A stretch of DNA of 64,000 nt, from positions 1-64,000 of IMG/VR virus record IMGVR_UViG_3300050821_002969, one strand, 5' to 3'. Positions 1-10,121 of this stretch are shown in pieces. The position numbers and the translations under genes are program-made. Every line of letters starts with the position of its first letter. The stretch's first letter is position 1. This DNA is from a virus. Lineage: Duplodnaviria > Heunggongvirae > Uroviricota > Caudoviricetes. Below the pieces are notes generated by a model. The model was given only the letters and a program-made list of their open reading frames with translations. It was not told where the DNA came from and made no database searches.

Positions 1-457
1 ATTCGTTGTCAGTGCAGGAAATAACGATGCTGGTGTCGGCGGTAGCCTCAGCTTCAAACTCGGTACGAGCCAACGTGTTTGCTGTTAGAGCAGCACGGTA
101 GCCCATCTCGGCAGCAGTATTTTCTACGATTGGATCAATTGCGGTTTCAACCAAAATATCCGAGAACGAAGCGAAGTCAAAATACTGGTTGACTGCAACG
201 TTACGAATAGATGTGGTTGGGTTAATGCCAGTTCCAACAGTACCTTCGGCACCGGGGGTGGTATTAGCCGCAAATAGATCGTAACCGTAGAGTTGAATTA
301 CGCGACCGTTACGGTCTGGTAGCTTTCGACGGCTGGTTACGGCCACAAAAGGCAAGTTTGCCTTCAAGTTTTCTACGGCCACCCGGTCGTAGTAAATCGA
401 AGCCAAATGTGACAAGCCTGATGTGGAAGTTAAAACACTGGCTGGTTGATAGCTCAA
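1..457 (-). CDS. Major capsid protein-like (N-terminal part; gene runs off the window start)
   Basis: Open minus-strand frame from a TTG start at 457-455, preceded by AGGTGA as a Shine-Dalgarno, to beyond position 1. Translation begins MSYQPASVLTSTSGLSHLASIYYDRVAVENLKANLPFVAVTSRRKLPDRNGRVIQLYGYDLF... The gene sits downstream of the scaffold-like gene in a terminase-portal-scaffold order. The capsid call is positional plus a compositional impression. Confidence 0.4.
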   Translation of the reverse strand, partial: MSYQPASVLTSTSGLSHLASIYYDRVAVENLKANLPFVAVTSRRKLPDRNGRVIQLYGYDLFAANTTPGAEGTVGTGINPTTSIRNVAVNQYFDFASFSDILVETAIDPIVENTAAEMGYRAALTANTLARTEFEAEATADTSIVISCTDNE

Positions 458-659
458 TGTCTTCACCTATTGCTGAAAAGATGACAAGCCCCGAATGCCG
501 CGCTATCTTGTGTTGCGGGATCGCCGCGCAAAGTAAGATTGGCTAGCGTGCTTGCACTAACACTCCCAACGGGCTGTTCGTTTTCACCGATTTGGCAGAT
601 TTCACTGGTCGGTGAAACTGCTACTTTTAGTGAAAGCCGAACCTATCCGTGTTCTGGAG

Positions 660-1817
660 TTACCGACTGGAAACAGAACCCCGCCTCATGGCCTGCACAA
701 TGCGTGCTTTCATGTCATGAAGCGACATATTCTGTAATCCAGTGACATCGACCCCTCCATCGGGTTCAGGCTGCGGAGGCCGCTGACCAGAGCGGTCTGA
801 GAGCATAACGGGTGGAGGCGGTGCGGGCGGTGCGGGAGGCACCGGAACTTGGGGTGGTGGCGTAGGCGCAACTACAACCGGTGTAGGCGCAACTACGGGC
901 GCGATAGGCGCAACAACCGGAACCGGTACGGGTTCGGGCTGCTTGGTGGTAAATTTCGCGCCTTGCTCGCTTAAAGTCTCAAAAGCGTATTCCAGATTGT
1001 TTTTTGTGGTCTGCATGGGGGCATCGTGTATCTTGCCGCAACGCTTGCAGTTAAATCCGCCATCGGTTACCGCGCGAGTGCATCCCGCCAAGAATGCGTA
1101 GATAGCGTTTCCGCTTTGTGGGGAACAGTCGAAATCTTCTAAATGGTCTGCGATAAATTCGGCTTCGGCTCTTTGTGCAGCTTCTTTTTGGCCAATAAGT
1201 TGTGTTTCGTAGACTGTTCGGGCCACTGCGTCTGGCTTCGTGCCCGTAGACGCTTCATAGACTTGTCGCCACGCTTCGTATGGGTTGGTTTTAAACAATT
1301 CGTTGATTTGGGCGACTTCAGCTTCATTTAATGTACGTGGCTGGAAAGCTAGCGGCTCTTGGAATTTGGAGTTGTCGGGCCGCGCCTTAGCCTTTTCTTT
1401 GAGTTGTTTAATCCTGATAGTGGCGTTCTTTTGGGCTTCTACCAGCTTGTCAATAAGACCCTGCTGGCTATCGGATTTGAAAACCTGCGGCCCAGACCCA
1501 TCTCCAAGGTCAACCTTGGCGGTAAACTCTTTAGGCGGCTCTGGCGTAGCGTTAGGAGCCGCTACGGGAACGGGCGGCGGTACGGGTGGGGCTTCGGGCT
1601 GTACTACTACGGGAACGGGCGCTGGCGGGGCTGTAATAGGCGCTGGCGCTAATTCTGGCGGGGCTGGCGGGGCGAAGTCGTCCGATAACTGCATGGCGCG
1701 AGAAATTGGCGGCTTGCCTTGGCGCGGTTCGACAGGCGGAGTCCCGTAAAGTGTGTCAAGGGTTGGATCAGAAATTTGAAGTTCTTGTGGAACTGGGGGC
1801 GTAGCTGTTGTGGACAT
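660..1817 (-). CDS. Pro/Ala-rich scaffolding-like protein
   Basis: 385-aa ORF with long PAPV/APPV low-complexity tracts flanking a charged coiled-coil-like core. It lies between the portal region and the capsid-like gene. The C-terminus carries CKRCGK. Confidence 0.35.
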   Translation of the reverse strand: MSTTATPPVPQELQISDPTLDTLYGTPPVEPRQGKPPISRAMQLSDDFAPPAPPELAPAPITAPPAPVPVVVQPEAPPVPPPVPVAAPNATPEPPKEFTAKVDLGDGSGPQVFKSDSQQGLIDKLVEAQKNATIRIKQLKEKAKARPDNSKFQEPLAFQPRTLNEAEVAQINELFKTNPYEAWRQVYEASTGTKPDAVARTVYETQLIGQKEAAQRAEAEFIADHLEDFDCSPQSGNAIYAFLAGCTRAVTDGGFNCKRCGKIHDAPMQTTKNNLEYAFETLSEQGAKFTTKQPEPVPVPVVAPIAPVVAPTPVVVAPTPPPQVPVPPAPPAPPPPVMLSDRSGQRPPQPEPDGGVDVTGLQNMSLHDMKARIVQAMRRGSVSSR

Positions 1818-1872
1818 TAATTAGCCGTGTAATAAATATGGCTAACACGCTAGAACTAATGCAACCCGCAGG

Positions 1873-2211
1873 TTAAACTAGGTCGCCATCTAAATCGGCG
1901 GGGTTGACGGTAACCCCGTCCAAGATTCTTTGCACCGATTCCGGCTCTAGTGATTCAACCGCGTTAACAACTCCTTCGTGCCAAGCCTCCGCAAACTCTT
2001 GGATACCGGAAAGGCGAACCTGCATTGCCCACAAGGTATCTTTGTCGTATTTGCCGCGCATGAACTGTTCTTTGATCTGGTTAATTCTGTGGTTGCGCAA
2101 GTCTAAGTACACAGCCCAGCCGGGATGGCGCACTAGGTCTGCTAGGTGTCTAGCCTTTTCAAATTCCCGGATTATGGAAAGTTCTGTCTCGCTTAGCTGT
2201 ACATCTGACAT
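1873..2211 (-). CDS. hypothetical protein
   Basis: 112-aa ORF in the head-module gene string on the same strand. Confidence 0.4.
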   Translation of the reverse strand: MSDVQLSETELSIIREFEKARHLADLVRHPGWAVYLDLRNHRINQIKEQFMRGKYDKDTLWAMQVRLSGIQEFAEAWHEGVVNAVESLEPESVQRILDGVTVNPADLDGDLV

Positions 2212-2247
2212 GTTATTAATTGTACCGATATTGCGAACGATTGCTAG

Positions 2248-2466
2248 CTATTTGGGGATATAACGGTAATTAACGCATGTATCTATGCAACCGTTAACCC
2301 ACTCCCCGCGCACCAATTCGGCATTACAAAAAGCACAATGCCTGATTATTTGTGGACCATACCCGCGAGGCGCGTCTACGAAAAAAGGATGCAGGCAAGA
2401 ATCGTAACCCATTTGCCGCAAGGTCCATTTATCTTGATACTTTGACTTCCATTCCTCGGCTGTCAT
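2248..2466 (-). CDS. small Cys-containing hypothetical protein
   Basis: 72-aa ORF whose start overlaps the stop of the next gene in an ATGA junction at 2463-2466. Confidence 0.3.
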   Translation of the reverse strand: MTAEEWKSKYQDKWTLRQMGYDSCLHPFFVDAPRGYGPQIIRHCAFCNAELVRGEWVNGCIDTCVNYRYIPK

Positions 2467-2681
2467 TTAGGCTCAAACCAGTCACTACAATAGCTGTCTA
2501 TTGGCGCGGGTATTACCGCCGACCCGTGCCACTTTTGGAAGTATTTATTCTTGCACTCCTTCTTGTTTTCGGCAAGATACTCGCATACCGAACAACTAGA
2601 ACCACCCTTGGGAACGCGCATGGCGGGAACGTGATCCTTTGGATACATGGCAGTCTTTTGCGGTTTATTCAGTAGGCTCAT
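2463..2681 (-). CDS. small Cys-containing hypothetical protein
   Basis: 72-aa ORF with a CSVCEY motif, tightly packed between flanking genes. Confidence 0.3.
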   Translation of the reverse strand: MSLLNKPQKTAMYPKDHVPAMRVPKGGSSCSVCEYLAENKKECKNKYFQKWHGSAVIPAPIDSYCSDWFEPK

Positions 2682-3558
2682 TCGGTTTGTGTCCAGTTTC
2701 TAATGCCAATCTTAACCCCGCGTCTCCGACATGCGCAACGTAACTCGGATGGCGATGTAAAAGTGCGGCCAAAACTTTGCCGTCCGGGATTCCACGGTAA
2801 GACGGGAACTTGGTTCTGAGATTTTCCAATACCACGTTATGGTCGCCACTACCTGAGATTTTAGGTTTAAGAATATCCCCACCCTTCATCTTCGGAGCAT
2901 CCCCAGACCAATCGACGGCAGTAAAATTTCCACTGCGAAACATGGAGTTTAATATAGCCGGATCGTTTGAATTGTCCCTAACGGCGTCGCGGCGATATCT
3001 AGATCGAACAGAATCCAAAAACGCCATATCTCTCAAGAATGGGCGACTGGCCTTATGGCTTTGTACGAACGCCCTAGCAGAATTTTCGTTATTCTGGACC
3101 ATTTCTGCTTGTTGTTCTGGTCCAAATTCGGTAAATGGCTTACCGGAATCTTTGTCGTAAGAATATTGCGCGGGACGGTTTGGGTCTACGGTTTTAGCCG
3201 GTACACCTTTGCCCGTGTATTGATCTTTACTTAGCTTTTGCCATATATGCGTAGCTTCGTGCAGTTCGTTTTCGGATAACTCTCGCTTGCTTGAGTCGCT
3301 GGCGAGGAACATTACGGTAGGTAAATGCAAACCCAAAACGTAGCCGCGTAGATTTGTTCCAGACGCGCCATTATCAAAAGCTATACGGATGTCGGATGGG
3401 TTGATGCTATCCCCGAAAGTTTTTTTGATTGCCGTTGATTCGCTATCCGTTAACGGACGCGATTGCAAGGCGATGCTCTTAATTGTTTCCGGACCAAGAC
3501 CGGCTAGCGGAGAACCAATATGCGGCGAGTTTGTATCTATGGCGTTATCGTCTGGCAT
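2665..3558 (-). CDS. HExxH motif protein (possible head morphogenesis or metallopeptidase-like protein)
   Basis: 297-aa ORF immediately downstream of the portal candidate. It contains LHEATHIW, a HExxH zinc-binding motif. Confidence 0.4.
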   Translation of the reverse strand: MPDDNAIDTNSPHIGSPLAGLGPETIKSIALQSRPLTDSESTAIKKTFGDSINPSDIRIAFDNGASGTNLRGYVLGLHLPTVMFLASDSSKRELSENELHEATHIWQKLSKDQYTGKGVPAKTVDPNRPAQYSYDKDSGKPFTEFGPEQQAEMVQNNENSARAFVQSHKASRPFLRDMAFLDSVRSRYRRDAVRDNSNDPAILNSMFRSGNFTAVDWSGDAPKMKGGDILKPKISGSGDHNVVLENLRTKFPSYRGIPDGKVLAALLHRHPSYVAHVGDAGLRLALETGHKPNEPTE

Positions 3559-3775
3559 CTAAAAATCTGCTGTGCTCTAATTAGGCCAACCCTGATTTAT
3601 AAAGTTTGGCGCATTCGATGCATGGATTGCCGATGGTTGTTCAGATATTCATCCTCGCTACCATCTAAAATGCGCTTGATACGCTCGAATACCGCCAACC
3701 TCATAAGTGGATGTGCGCCAGTTATGGCATAGGCCAAAGCTAAAGACAACGCCCAACGTATTCGTTTGTCCATCA

Positions 3776-5896
3776 TTACTGCATTATACCCAAGGGATCG
3801 TTGTTGTCTTGCTGCGGTTGCGCACCTTGCTGCTGGTTCTGTTGGGCATCCATTAGCGTCTGTAGCAAAGCAATCTTGTGATCCGGCGTCATTGTGGTTT
3901 CTTCTAACAGCGAATGAATAATTTTTGTTCCGGCCTGACTTAAACCTTTAGCTTCAATCTCTCCAAGGTGCGCTTGGTGCTGCTGGTTAATAGTAGACAT
4001 CTGCTGTGCGAATTCATTCTTCTGTGCCAAGCGTTGTTTGTCCTCGTCTGTTAAATCGGTGATTACTTCTTGTTCTCCTGGCCATTCGGATGCGTCAAAT
4101 AACTGTTGCGCAAACTTGCCAAAGTTCACTTTTTTGCCTTGTTCTTGCAGCGATTCCAGCACCGGCGCTTGACTCAAAAACTGCATAAGCGGCAGAGCAA
4201 TTTGTATCATTGCCTGCTTTGCCCGCATCTTCGTACCGGCCTGCATGTCGAACTTCACATTCGCATTCTTAACCTCTATGGCATCGCCTTCATATGCCTT
4301 CTCTAGTTCTTCGTCCAGTACGGCGCGTAAATCTTCAATGGGAAGCCAGCGCGAATTCATTTCGTGGACTAGTTCTAGAAATGGGACGATAAACAAGCGG
4401 GATACAAAGTCTACAAAGTAAGCCGACCGCGCCCCTACGCCCGCAGCCAGCGTATTAATACCGGAAGCAGTTCTACCAATAGAACTCGGATGCGACATTG
4501 CCCCCTGCGTAACAATTTCATTAGCACCAGACCGCCTTTGCGCACGAGAATCGGAAGCCTCAACTTCGGTAAACGCATCCACGATAGCCGGTGGATACTG
4601 AATCATTTGTACGCCTTTATCGTCGTCGGAATCAATAATTCCACCGGGACGCAGGCGTAACTGCTGTGTGGGGGTATTTGCGCCGCGCTTACGCAGGAAC
4701 GTACCAGAAAGGCGTAGCGCCAGATCGTCTAAGCGGGAGTTGATTACGCCTTGCTGTAAGCGCTGCTCCCCGGAAAGTAGCTTAACAATTCCGATTCCGT
4801 ACCAGCTATCCAGAACGTCAATGGGTGGGACGGAGAAATAGTTTATACAGCCAAATTCGTTTACGTCGTTCTTTAGGCACAGTTTACGATTGAGAACCAC
4901 GATAGAACGAGTCGCGGTTGTGTATTCCAGTAATTCCAATGGTTGTAAGTTAGGGTCTTCCGAAGGCGACTGCCAGCGCGGCATAGCCTTGAATTCCATA
5001 TTGATATCCAAAGACGACACGCCGGTATTTAGAACTGAAGTTGTAGAGCGACCTTCCAGAACAGAGCGTTCTGCGGATTCCTTGGGGGGGGTAAACAATG
5101 ATTGCAAGTATTCCGTAGAAGGAATGTTGTATCCCCGCTGGTTGCGTAGCTGTTCTAAATCTTCCAGCGTGGGATACATGCGGTGAATGACAAACTTCGC
5201 CTTGCGGATATCGGGAATGCGCAAGTCGGGAGAAACCAGTAGATGTCGGATGTGTATCTTTTCCACGCATGGCGCGTTTACTTCGTATTCTTCTAGTTCC
5301 TCAATTACGCGGCGGGAATCTTCTGTAGGGGTGATAATTGACATCCCCATGCCAACGTTACGCTGCTCTGGCTGACCGGCATATTTATAAACGCGGCGAA
5401 ACCTTTTTTCGCGCTTCCATCCAGCCTTCCAAACACCCATGCCGTACTGCAACGATTCCTTTAGCCCAAGCCGCAGTTCTTCCTCAAAGTTCATGTCCTT
5501 GAGTTGTTTTCCGATTAGCTGCGTTACCGCGCGGCAGGCATCTATTTTTGTCTTGGCTCGCGGCGTGCAGTTAAATGGCGGGTCATCGCCGTAGAGTGCT
5601 TGCATGTACTGGGGCAAGAGAGATTCGATATGCTCAAGGGTTAACGGGATGCCGAGAGAACTTCTTGGCGTGCTCGAACCCTCCCAAAACGCGACGGGCA
5701 TTCTAAAAAGATATAACCTATCGTCTCTATCCCATTCAACAGTAAGACCCTTAGACAACGTGTACCATTCAGACCTTTGCAAATCCTTCAACACTAAATT
5801 TAAAGCTATAACATCTTCAGGAAGCTGTGGGGCCACGGGCATTTGCTCTGGCAGAATTTCATGGGCTAGGCTGATTGGGGTTTGCAGAAGAGACAA
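3776..5896 (-). CDS. Portal protein candidate
   Basis: 706-aa ORF, the first large gene after the terminase large subunit on the same strand, with a Gln-rich C-terminus. The call is positional and size-based. Confidence 0.45.
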   Translation of the reverse strand: MSLLQTPISLAHEILPEQMPVAPQLPEDVIALNLVLKDLQRSEWYTLSKGLTVEWDRDDRLYLFRMPVAFWEGSSTPRSSLGIPLTLEHIESLLPQYMQALYGDDPPFNCTPRAKTKIDACRAVTQLIGKQLKDMNFEEELRLGLKESLQYGMGVWKAGWKREKRFRRVYKYAGQPEQRNVGMGMSIITPTEDSRRVIEELEEYEVNAPCVEKIHIRHLLVSPDLRIPDIRKAKFVIHRMYPTLEDLEQLRNQRGYNIPSTEYLQSLFTPPKESAERSVLEGRSTTSVLNTGVSSLDINMEFKAMPRWQSPSEDPNLQPLELLEYTTATRSIVVLNRKLCLKNDVNEFGCINYFSVPPIDVLDSWYGIGIVKLLSGEQRLQQGVINSRLDDLALRLSGTFLRKRGANTPTQQLRLRPGGIIDSDDDKGVQMIQYPPAIVDAFTEVEASDSRAQRRSGANEIVTQGAMSHPSSIGRTASGINTLAAGVGARSAYFVDFVSRLFIVPFLELVHEMNSRWLPIEDLRAVLDEELEKAYEGDAIEVKNANVKFDMQAGTKMRAKQAMIQIALPLMQFLSQAPVLESLQEQGKKVNFGKFAQQLFDASEWPGEQEVITDLTDEDKQRLAQKNEFAQQMSTINQQHQAHLGEIEAKGLSQAGTKIIHSLLEETTMTPDHKIALLQTLMDAQQNQQQGAQPQQDNNDPLGIMQ

Positions 5897-5961
5897 TTAG
5901 ATCACGCTCGCTAAACACGATGGGCGATTCACGTAATAAATTGTATTGAAGTTGTGGCTTA

Positions 5962-6687
5962 TTATGCGACTTTGACGCGGCGGGAGCGCTTGTACTCCTG
6001 AAAACACAATTTGCATTCCGTTCTATAGGACCAGCGGCCAGTCTCCGGTTCGCGCTTACTCCTGACCCAACACTTAACAAACTCGTCTATGGGCTTTGGT
6101 GTCGAACATATGCGACACGTCTTTACTTCTGGGTTTGGCTTTGGGGTATATGGACCCAATTTGGCTAGGGCGGCATCGCTACCAATTTTGGCCAGCGCAG
6201 ACCTTTGTTCTGGAGATAGTTTTTCTTGGCGCTTTTGGTTGGCCAATGCCGATAATGCCGACTTATATTCTGGAGTTCTCGCCGCAGACGCCGCCCGCAT
6301 TCGCTGTTTGGTTTCTTCTGATTTTGGCTTTCCTTTGGCAATGGCGCTGAGTTTATTTTTGGTTTCCTCGCTGACAATGTAGCCCTGCAATCCTTCGCCG
6401 CCATCGGTAGCGTTGTAGCCAATGCTTTTCTTTTTTGATTGATATAGGCGGATAAATAATTTTTCCAGATCGTTAAGGTGTTCTCTTTTCTGTGTCTCCA
6501 CTAGGGATTTAATAGAAAAAGCGTCTCTGCCGTATTTTTTTATCGCGTTGTAAAGTGGTGTGGTTTTACCTTCTGCGTGCTCTGCGGTCCACAGCTTATG
6601 AACAAAATAGCTTTGCAGATTATCTTTAACGGTCTGTCCGACGTAGATTTTTCCGTTAGCGGTACACGTTATTAGGTATACGTGCAT
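5962..6687 (-). CDS. GIY-YIG homing endonuclease with NUMOD-like repeats
   Basis: The N-terminus carries GKIYVGQT...YNAIKKYG, which are GIY-YIG motifs. The C-terminal half has repeated basic NUMOD-like segments (KGKPKSEETKQRMRAAS, LSPEQRSALAKIG). The gene is free-standing between portal and terminase. Confidence 0.8.
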   Translation of the reverse strand: MHVYLITCTANGKIYVGQTVKDNLQSYFVHKLWTAEHAEGKTTPLYNAIKKYGRDAFSIKSLVETQKREHLNDLEKLFIRLYQSKKKSIGYNATDGGEGLQGYIVSEETKNKLSAIAKGKPKSEETKQRMRAASAARTPEYKSALSALANQKRQEKLSPEQRSALAKIGSDAALAKLGPYTPKPNPEVKTCRICSTPKPIDEFVKCWVRSKREPETGRWSYRTECKLCFQEYKRSRRVKVA

Positions 6688-7134
6688 TGGTACAGTATAA
6701 CCGAATTTTATTTGTTTTGGGAAGGTTTATTTGTCCACGCCATCCCTGCAACTTTTGGTAATGGCGGAGCATCCAAACTTGATATGGAACACACGGTTTT
6801 TAATTGCCAAGTTTGCGGAACAACTAAGTGTCGCTTGAAATCTGGTATAGACCACTGTCCCAAATGCGGCGAGTACATACACGACGAAATGGGGCATATG
6901 TGTCCACCGGCAGAACAAAGCAGCTTATTGCAAAAATGCCTAGAAACAATACGTGCCGCACTTGATTGCGAATCGCACTTCCATAAACCGACAATTATCA
7001 ATAACGACAAAGATTTTGAGATAGGACCGAACGCGATTGTCATATGCGACCAATGCGTGGAAAGAATGAAGAAGGCTCTAGGGTTGGCAAAAGATGATCC
7101 GGTCCCTACTTCTTTTCAAATGTGGGGCCATTAA
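6682..7134 (+). CDS. Zinc-ribbon protein (rare plus-strand gene)
   Basis: 150-aa ORF exactly filling the gap between the GIY-YIG gene and the terminase. It has three CxxC pairs (CQVCG, CPKCGEY, CDQCVE). The competing minus-strand ORF 6708-7043 looks like low-complexity junk. Confidence 0.3.
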   Translation: MHWYSITEFYLFWEGLFVHAIPATFGNGGASKLDMEHTVFNCQVCGTTKCRLKSGIDHCPKCGEYIHDEMGHMCPPAEQSSLLQKCLETIRAALDCESHFHKPTIINNDKDFEIGPNAIVICDQCVERMKKALGLAKDDPVPTSFQMWGH

Positions 7135-8837
7135 CCAACCAGTCCAGCGCTCAGCCCATACTCATCCCCGTACATAGTCGCCCCGCCAATCTCCACCGGC
7201 CCATAGTAAGCGTTCCCCGCAGTCGTGATGGCCTGCCCGTGATATCTCAAAAGGAGCGAGACGCTTCGAGGTATGTCGTCATGTGCATAGCCGCCGCCGA
7301 ATCTTGCGAATTCTGTATATAGCTCCGCTAAAAACGGCAGATCGCTACAGAAGAATAGTTTCCCCATGGCTGGCATTGGCGTTTCAGCTTGTTGCTGCAA
7401 ATTGACCAATGCCTGCTGTTGCTGCGTTAAACTGTTCGGCGCTGGCGGTGCTTGCTTACCCAATAGCGCGGACAGCGACAGAATCTCGTTCGCCGTGGAG
7501 TCCTTCTTGCGTGATACCTTTAGCCAGTCAATCGGGATAACCAAGCCTAGCTCCCGTGTCCGCATAGATAGCCCCGGACCAAGCAACGTAGACCCCGTGG
7601 TTTGCTCTATCCCCATACGCTGAATCGGCCACTTCTTCCATGCAGAGATTAGGTTGTCTATGATTTGTGGTGGGTTCCAGCGGCCACGGAATATGTCAAT
7701 AATGTAAATGTTTTTCAGGTCGTCGAACGCCCCAATAGCTCCTACCGTATAATCATTTCTGCTCGATTGCTCGTAGGCTAAATCCCAGACACCAAAGATT
7801 ACGCAATTCATTGGCACCTTCTGGCGCGGTATAGTCTGCTTCTGGAGCAACTCAATTGGGAAGTAATCGCGCTCCGTGCCAATCGGATGGTTCATGTACT
7901 GGGCATTGAAGTGAGTAGGGTTTTCTTCCCATGCTTCCTGGAGGTTAAACTTGTCGGCGTTGGTTATTTCTTCTTCTGGGGTTTCCGCGTTGATGCAGAA
8001 CTTTTCTGGAAAAAGGATGCCATTTTTGTTGAATAGTTTACCGGTTTCATCGGGGCGAATTGCGGGGTAAACGGCAACCTTCCATCCCTTTGTAGTTTCT
8101 TCCAGCGGGAAGCCGAAGTTCATGCGTTCCGACAGTGCAAGTCGGTCTAGAATCTTTCCGTACATACACGCAAAATTGTAAAAAGTACCGATAATCTGGG
8201 TGTATCCACCGGGATTCAACAGTGGTTTAGTCGCGGCCCAATCATCCGCCACTTTATCGTTTTGGTTAATCTTGGCGCTGTAGTTTATCTTGCTATTAAC
8301 TTCTGTAACAACGTCATCAGCGAGCCGCAAGTCCCAGTGACCGCTAGCCTTTACGGAATCGAAGGTTGAGATACTAAGGGTAGGTTCTCTGCGAATTCTT
8401 GTACGCACATTGCGCGGAAGCCAGAATTCTCCCTTGCCGCCAAACTCCCTAACGTTGTCAGTGGGGATGTATTCTGGGTATAGCGCCCTGAAATCCTCAC
8501 AACTAAAAAATACCTGTTTCAGTTCTTCCACCATCCTGGTTGCCACTTCTTGGCTACCGGACAGAAGGAGAATGGTGATATTGGGGAAGCACAGCATCCA
8601 CTGCAAAACATCGCAAAGGTGAATTGAGGTTTTAAAGTGACCGCGCGGCCCCATTAAGAGCCGGTTCTTAATTGTGTCTTGCAGGAAGAAAGACTTGTTG
8701 GGATTTTTCTTGATAAAGAAATCACAGATTGGTCCGTGCGCGTGGGGGGTTAGGTCGCCGTATACCGAACCTAAAATCTGGGAGGCTAGAAAGAATAAAT
8801 CTGTTTTACCGCGATAGGCGATTTCTCTTCTGTCCAC
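7131..8837 (-). CDS. terL: Terminase large subunit
   Basis: 568-aa ORF. The N-terminal region carries a P-loop-like GPRGHFKTS. The C-terminal region carries VWDLAYEQSSRNDYTVGAIGAFDD...IIDIF, which reads as an RNase-H-like nuclease acidic motif. Size and position are those of a TerL. Confidence 0.6.
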   Translation of the reverse strand: MDRREIAYRGKTDLFFLASQILGSVYGDLTPHAHGPICDFFIKKNPNKSFFLQDTIKNRLLMGPRGHFKTSIHLCDVLQWMLCFPNITILLLSGSQEVATRMVEELKQVFFSCEDFRALYPEYIPTDNVREFGGKGEFWLPRNVRTRIRREPTLSISTFDSVKASGHWDLRLADDVVTEVNSKINYSAKINQNDKVADDWAATKPLLNPGGYTQIIGTFYNFACMYGKILDRLALSERMNFGFPLEETTKGWKVAVYPAIRPDETGKLFNKNGILFPEKFCINAETPEEEITNADKFNLQEAWEENPTHFNAQYMNHPIGTERDYFPIELLQKQTIPRQKVPMNCVIFGVWDLAYEQSSRNDYTVGAIGAFDDLKNIYIIDIFRGRWNPPQIIDNLISAWKKWPIQRMGIEQTTGSTLLGPGLSMRTRELGLVIPIDWLKVSRKKDSTANEILSLSALLGKQAPPAPNSLTQQQQALVNLQQQAETPMPAMGKLFFCSDLPFLAELYTEFARFGGGYAHDDIPRSVSLLLRYHGQAITTAGNAYYGPVEIGGATMYGDEYGLSAGLVG

Positions 8838-9012
8838 ACTACTCGCCGTCCGCTGCGCGTTTTGCCTGCGATAAACTTATCGCAATTGCTTGCTTGCGAT
8901 TTGTAACCTTTGGCCCCTTCTTGGAACCGGAGCGTAATTTGCCCTTTGAAAATTCTGTCATCGTGCGCTTGATCTTTGATCGGGCGGCAGGAGATGAGAG
9001 GAGCTTGGCCAT

Positions 9013-9516
9013 CTATGATGCCTTCGGAAAGAAAGACCCAATGATTTCCATGCTTCCATGCTTCCATTGATATTTTTCTAGATATGCCATGGCAGCCGAA
9101 AACCTAGCGGGGTTATTGTTCATCATCCCCAAAACCTGATTGTCGTACCAACACAACAAACCGCGAATACATTTACCGCAGGACTTCCTTCCCGGACAAC
9201 ATGTGTGGTCGTGGTCTACGTGGAGATATTTATTGCCGCGTTGTGGGTGTTTACAAATAGCACACACGCCGTTTTGTTCCGCAAGAATATTGCGGTAATC
9301 GTGTATATCTATGTTGTAATCACGTCTAAGTTGTGCGCTCTTGGCGCTGTCTGGGTTTATTTCTTTGCGCCAGCGTCGGCCATAACCGCCGCCATCATTG
9401 CGCATCCTTATACGCTCTGATTCGCGGACCTTTTCTGGATTGTTTTTCTTCCAGCGTCGTCTAGATTCGCGCCTAGACTCTACGCGCTCCGCGTCGTTAG
9501 AATACTTGTTTGGCAT
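9013..9516 (-). CDS. HNH endonuclease (endonuclease VII-like)
   Basis: Contains CAICKHPQRGNKYLHVDHDHTCCPGRKSCGKCIRGLLCWYDN, an HNH motif with a His-Asp dyad and CxxC pairs. Confidence 0.75.
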   Translation of the reverse strand: MPNKYSNDAERVESRRESRRRWKKNNPEKVRESERIRMRNDGGGYGRRWRKEINPDSAKSAQLRRDYNIDIHDYRNILAEQNGVCAICKHPQRGNKYLHVDHDHTCCPGRKSCGKCIRGLLCWYDNQVLGMMNNNPARFSAAMAYLEKYQWKHGSMEIIGSFFPKAS

Positions 9517-9530
9517 AAGCCAATTATATT

Positions 9531-9815
9531 CTAACGGTCAGTGACTTTTTGAACCATGCGCTGCGAATCCGACAAGCCAACGCGATAAGATTCCTGAAGC
9601 TCTTTCCCGGTCAACATATTCATGTCGGCAAAGGACTGTTCGGTACCGGCTGCTGCTGGGCCATAGTGATCGAAATTCTCAAGCGAAATCACGGGACCAG
9701 AAGGAAACGCCATATCCTTAGTCTTGCTGATAATTTCGTCCTGAACTCCGCCGCCCGCTGGGGCGTTAGTTTGGCCAAGCGGCATCTTGTTTCCGGGATT
9801 AAAAAGCTGTGCCAT
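9531..9815 (-). CDS. hypothetical protein
   Basis: 94-aa ORF upstream of the terminase on the same strand. Confidence 0.35.
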   Translation of the reverse strand: MAQLFNPGNKMPLGQTNAPAGGGVQDEIISKTKDMAFPSGPVISLENFDHYGPAAAGTEQSFADMNMLTGKELQESYRVGLSDSQRMVQKVTDR

Positions 9816-9827
9816 AGTGTTACTCCT

Positions 9828-10121
9828 TTAAGTTATTTTTCCAAATCCGGTTTTCTGGCCGGGATTCTTGCCTACCATCTTTGGTGCAATCATTTTTGAC
9901 GGCGTAGGCGCGTTCTCGCGCTTAGCATTCTTGCTGCCCAAGGGGTGAACGTAGCTGCCATTTTCAAATCCCATCGGGCTAGCCGCGGGGACTTTGTACG
10001 ATTGGTTCAGCGCATGGCCCCCTAGAAACGCCGCATCTTGCGGGTTGTTCTGGTGGTCCATGGGGTTCTCTGCGTTCCCCGCCTTAGTCATTTTTCGGGC
10101 ATGGCCAAATTGTGGCTTCAC
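9828..10121 (-). CDS. hypothetical basic protein
   Basis: 97-aa ORF, Lys/Gly-rich. Confidence 0.3.
   Translation of the reverse strand: MKPQFGHARKMTKAGNAENPMDHQNNPQDAAFLGGHALNQSYKVPAASPMGFENGSYVHPLGSKNAKRENAPTPSKMIAPKMVGKNPGQKTGFGKIT

Noticed and set aside
1139-1749. Plus-strand ORFs (1143-1331, 1285-1749, 1359-1652) inside the scaffold-like gene
   Set aside because: These are shadow ORFs antisense to a long coding gene. The Gly/Ala-rich translations are mirror images of the Pro/Ala-rich sense protein.
6708-7043. 111-aa minus-strand ORF between the GIY-YIG and terminase genes
   Set aside because: Low-complexity hydrophobic translation. It competes with the plus-strand zinc-ribbon ORF, which has more protein-like features. 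Neither is certain.
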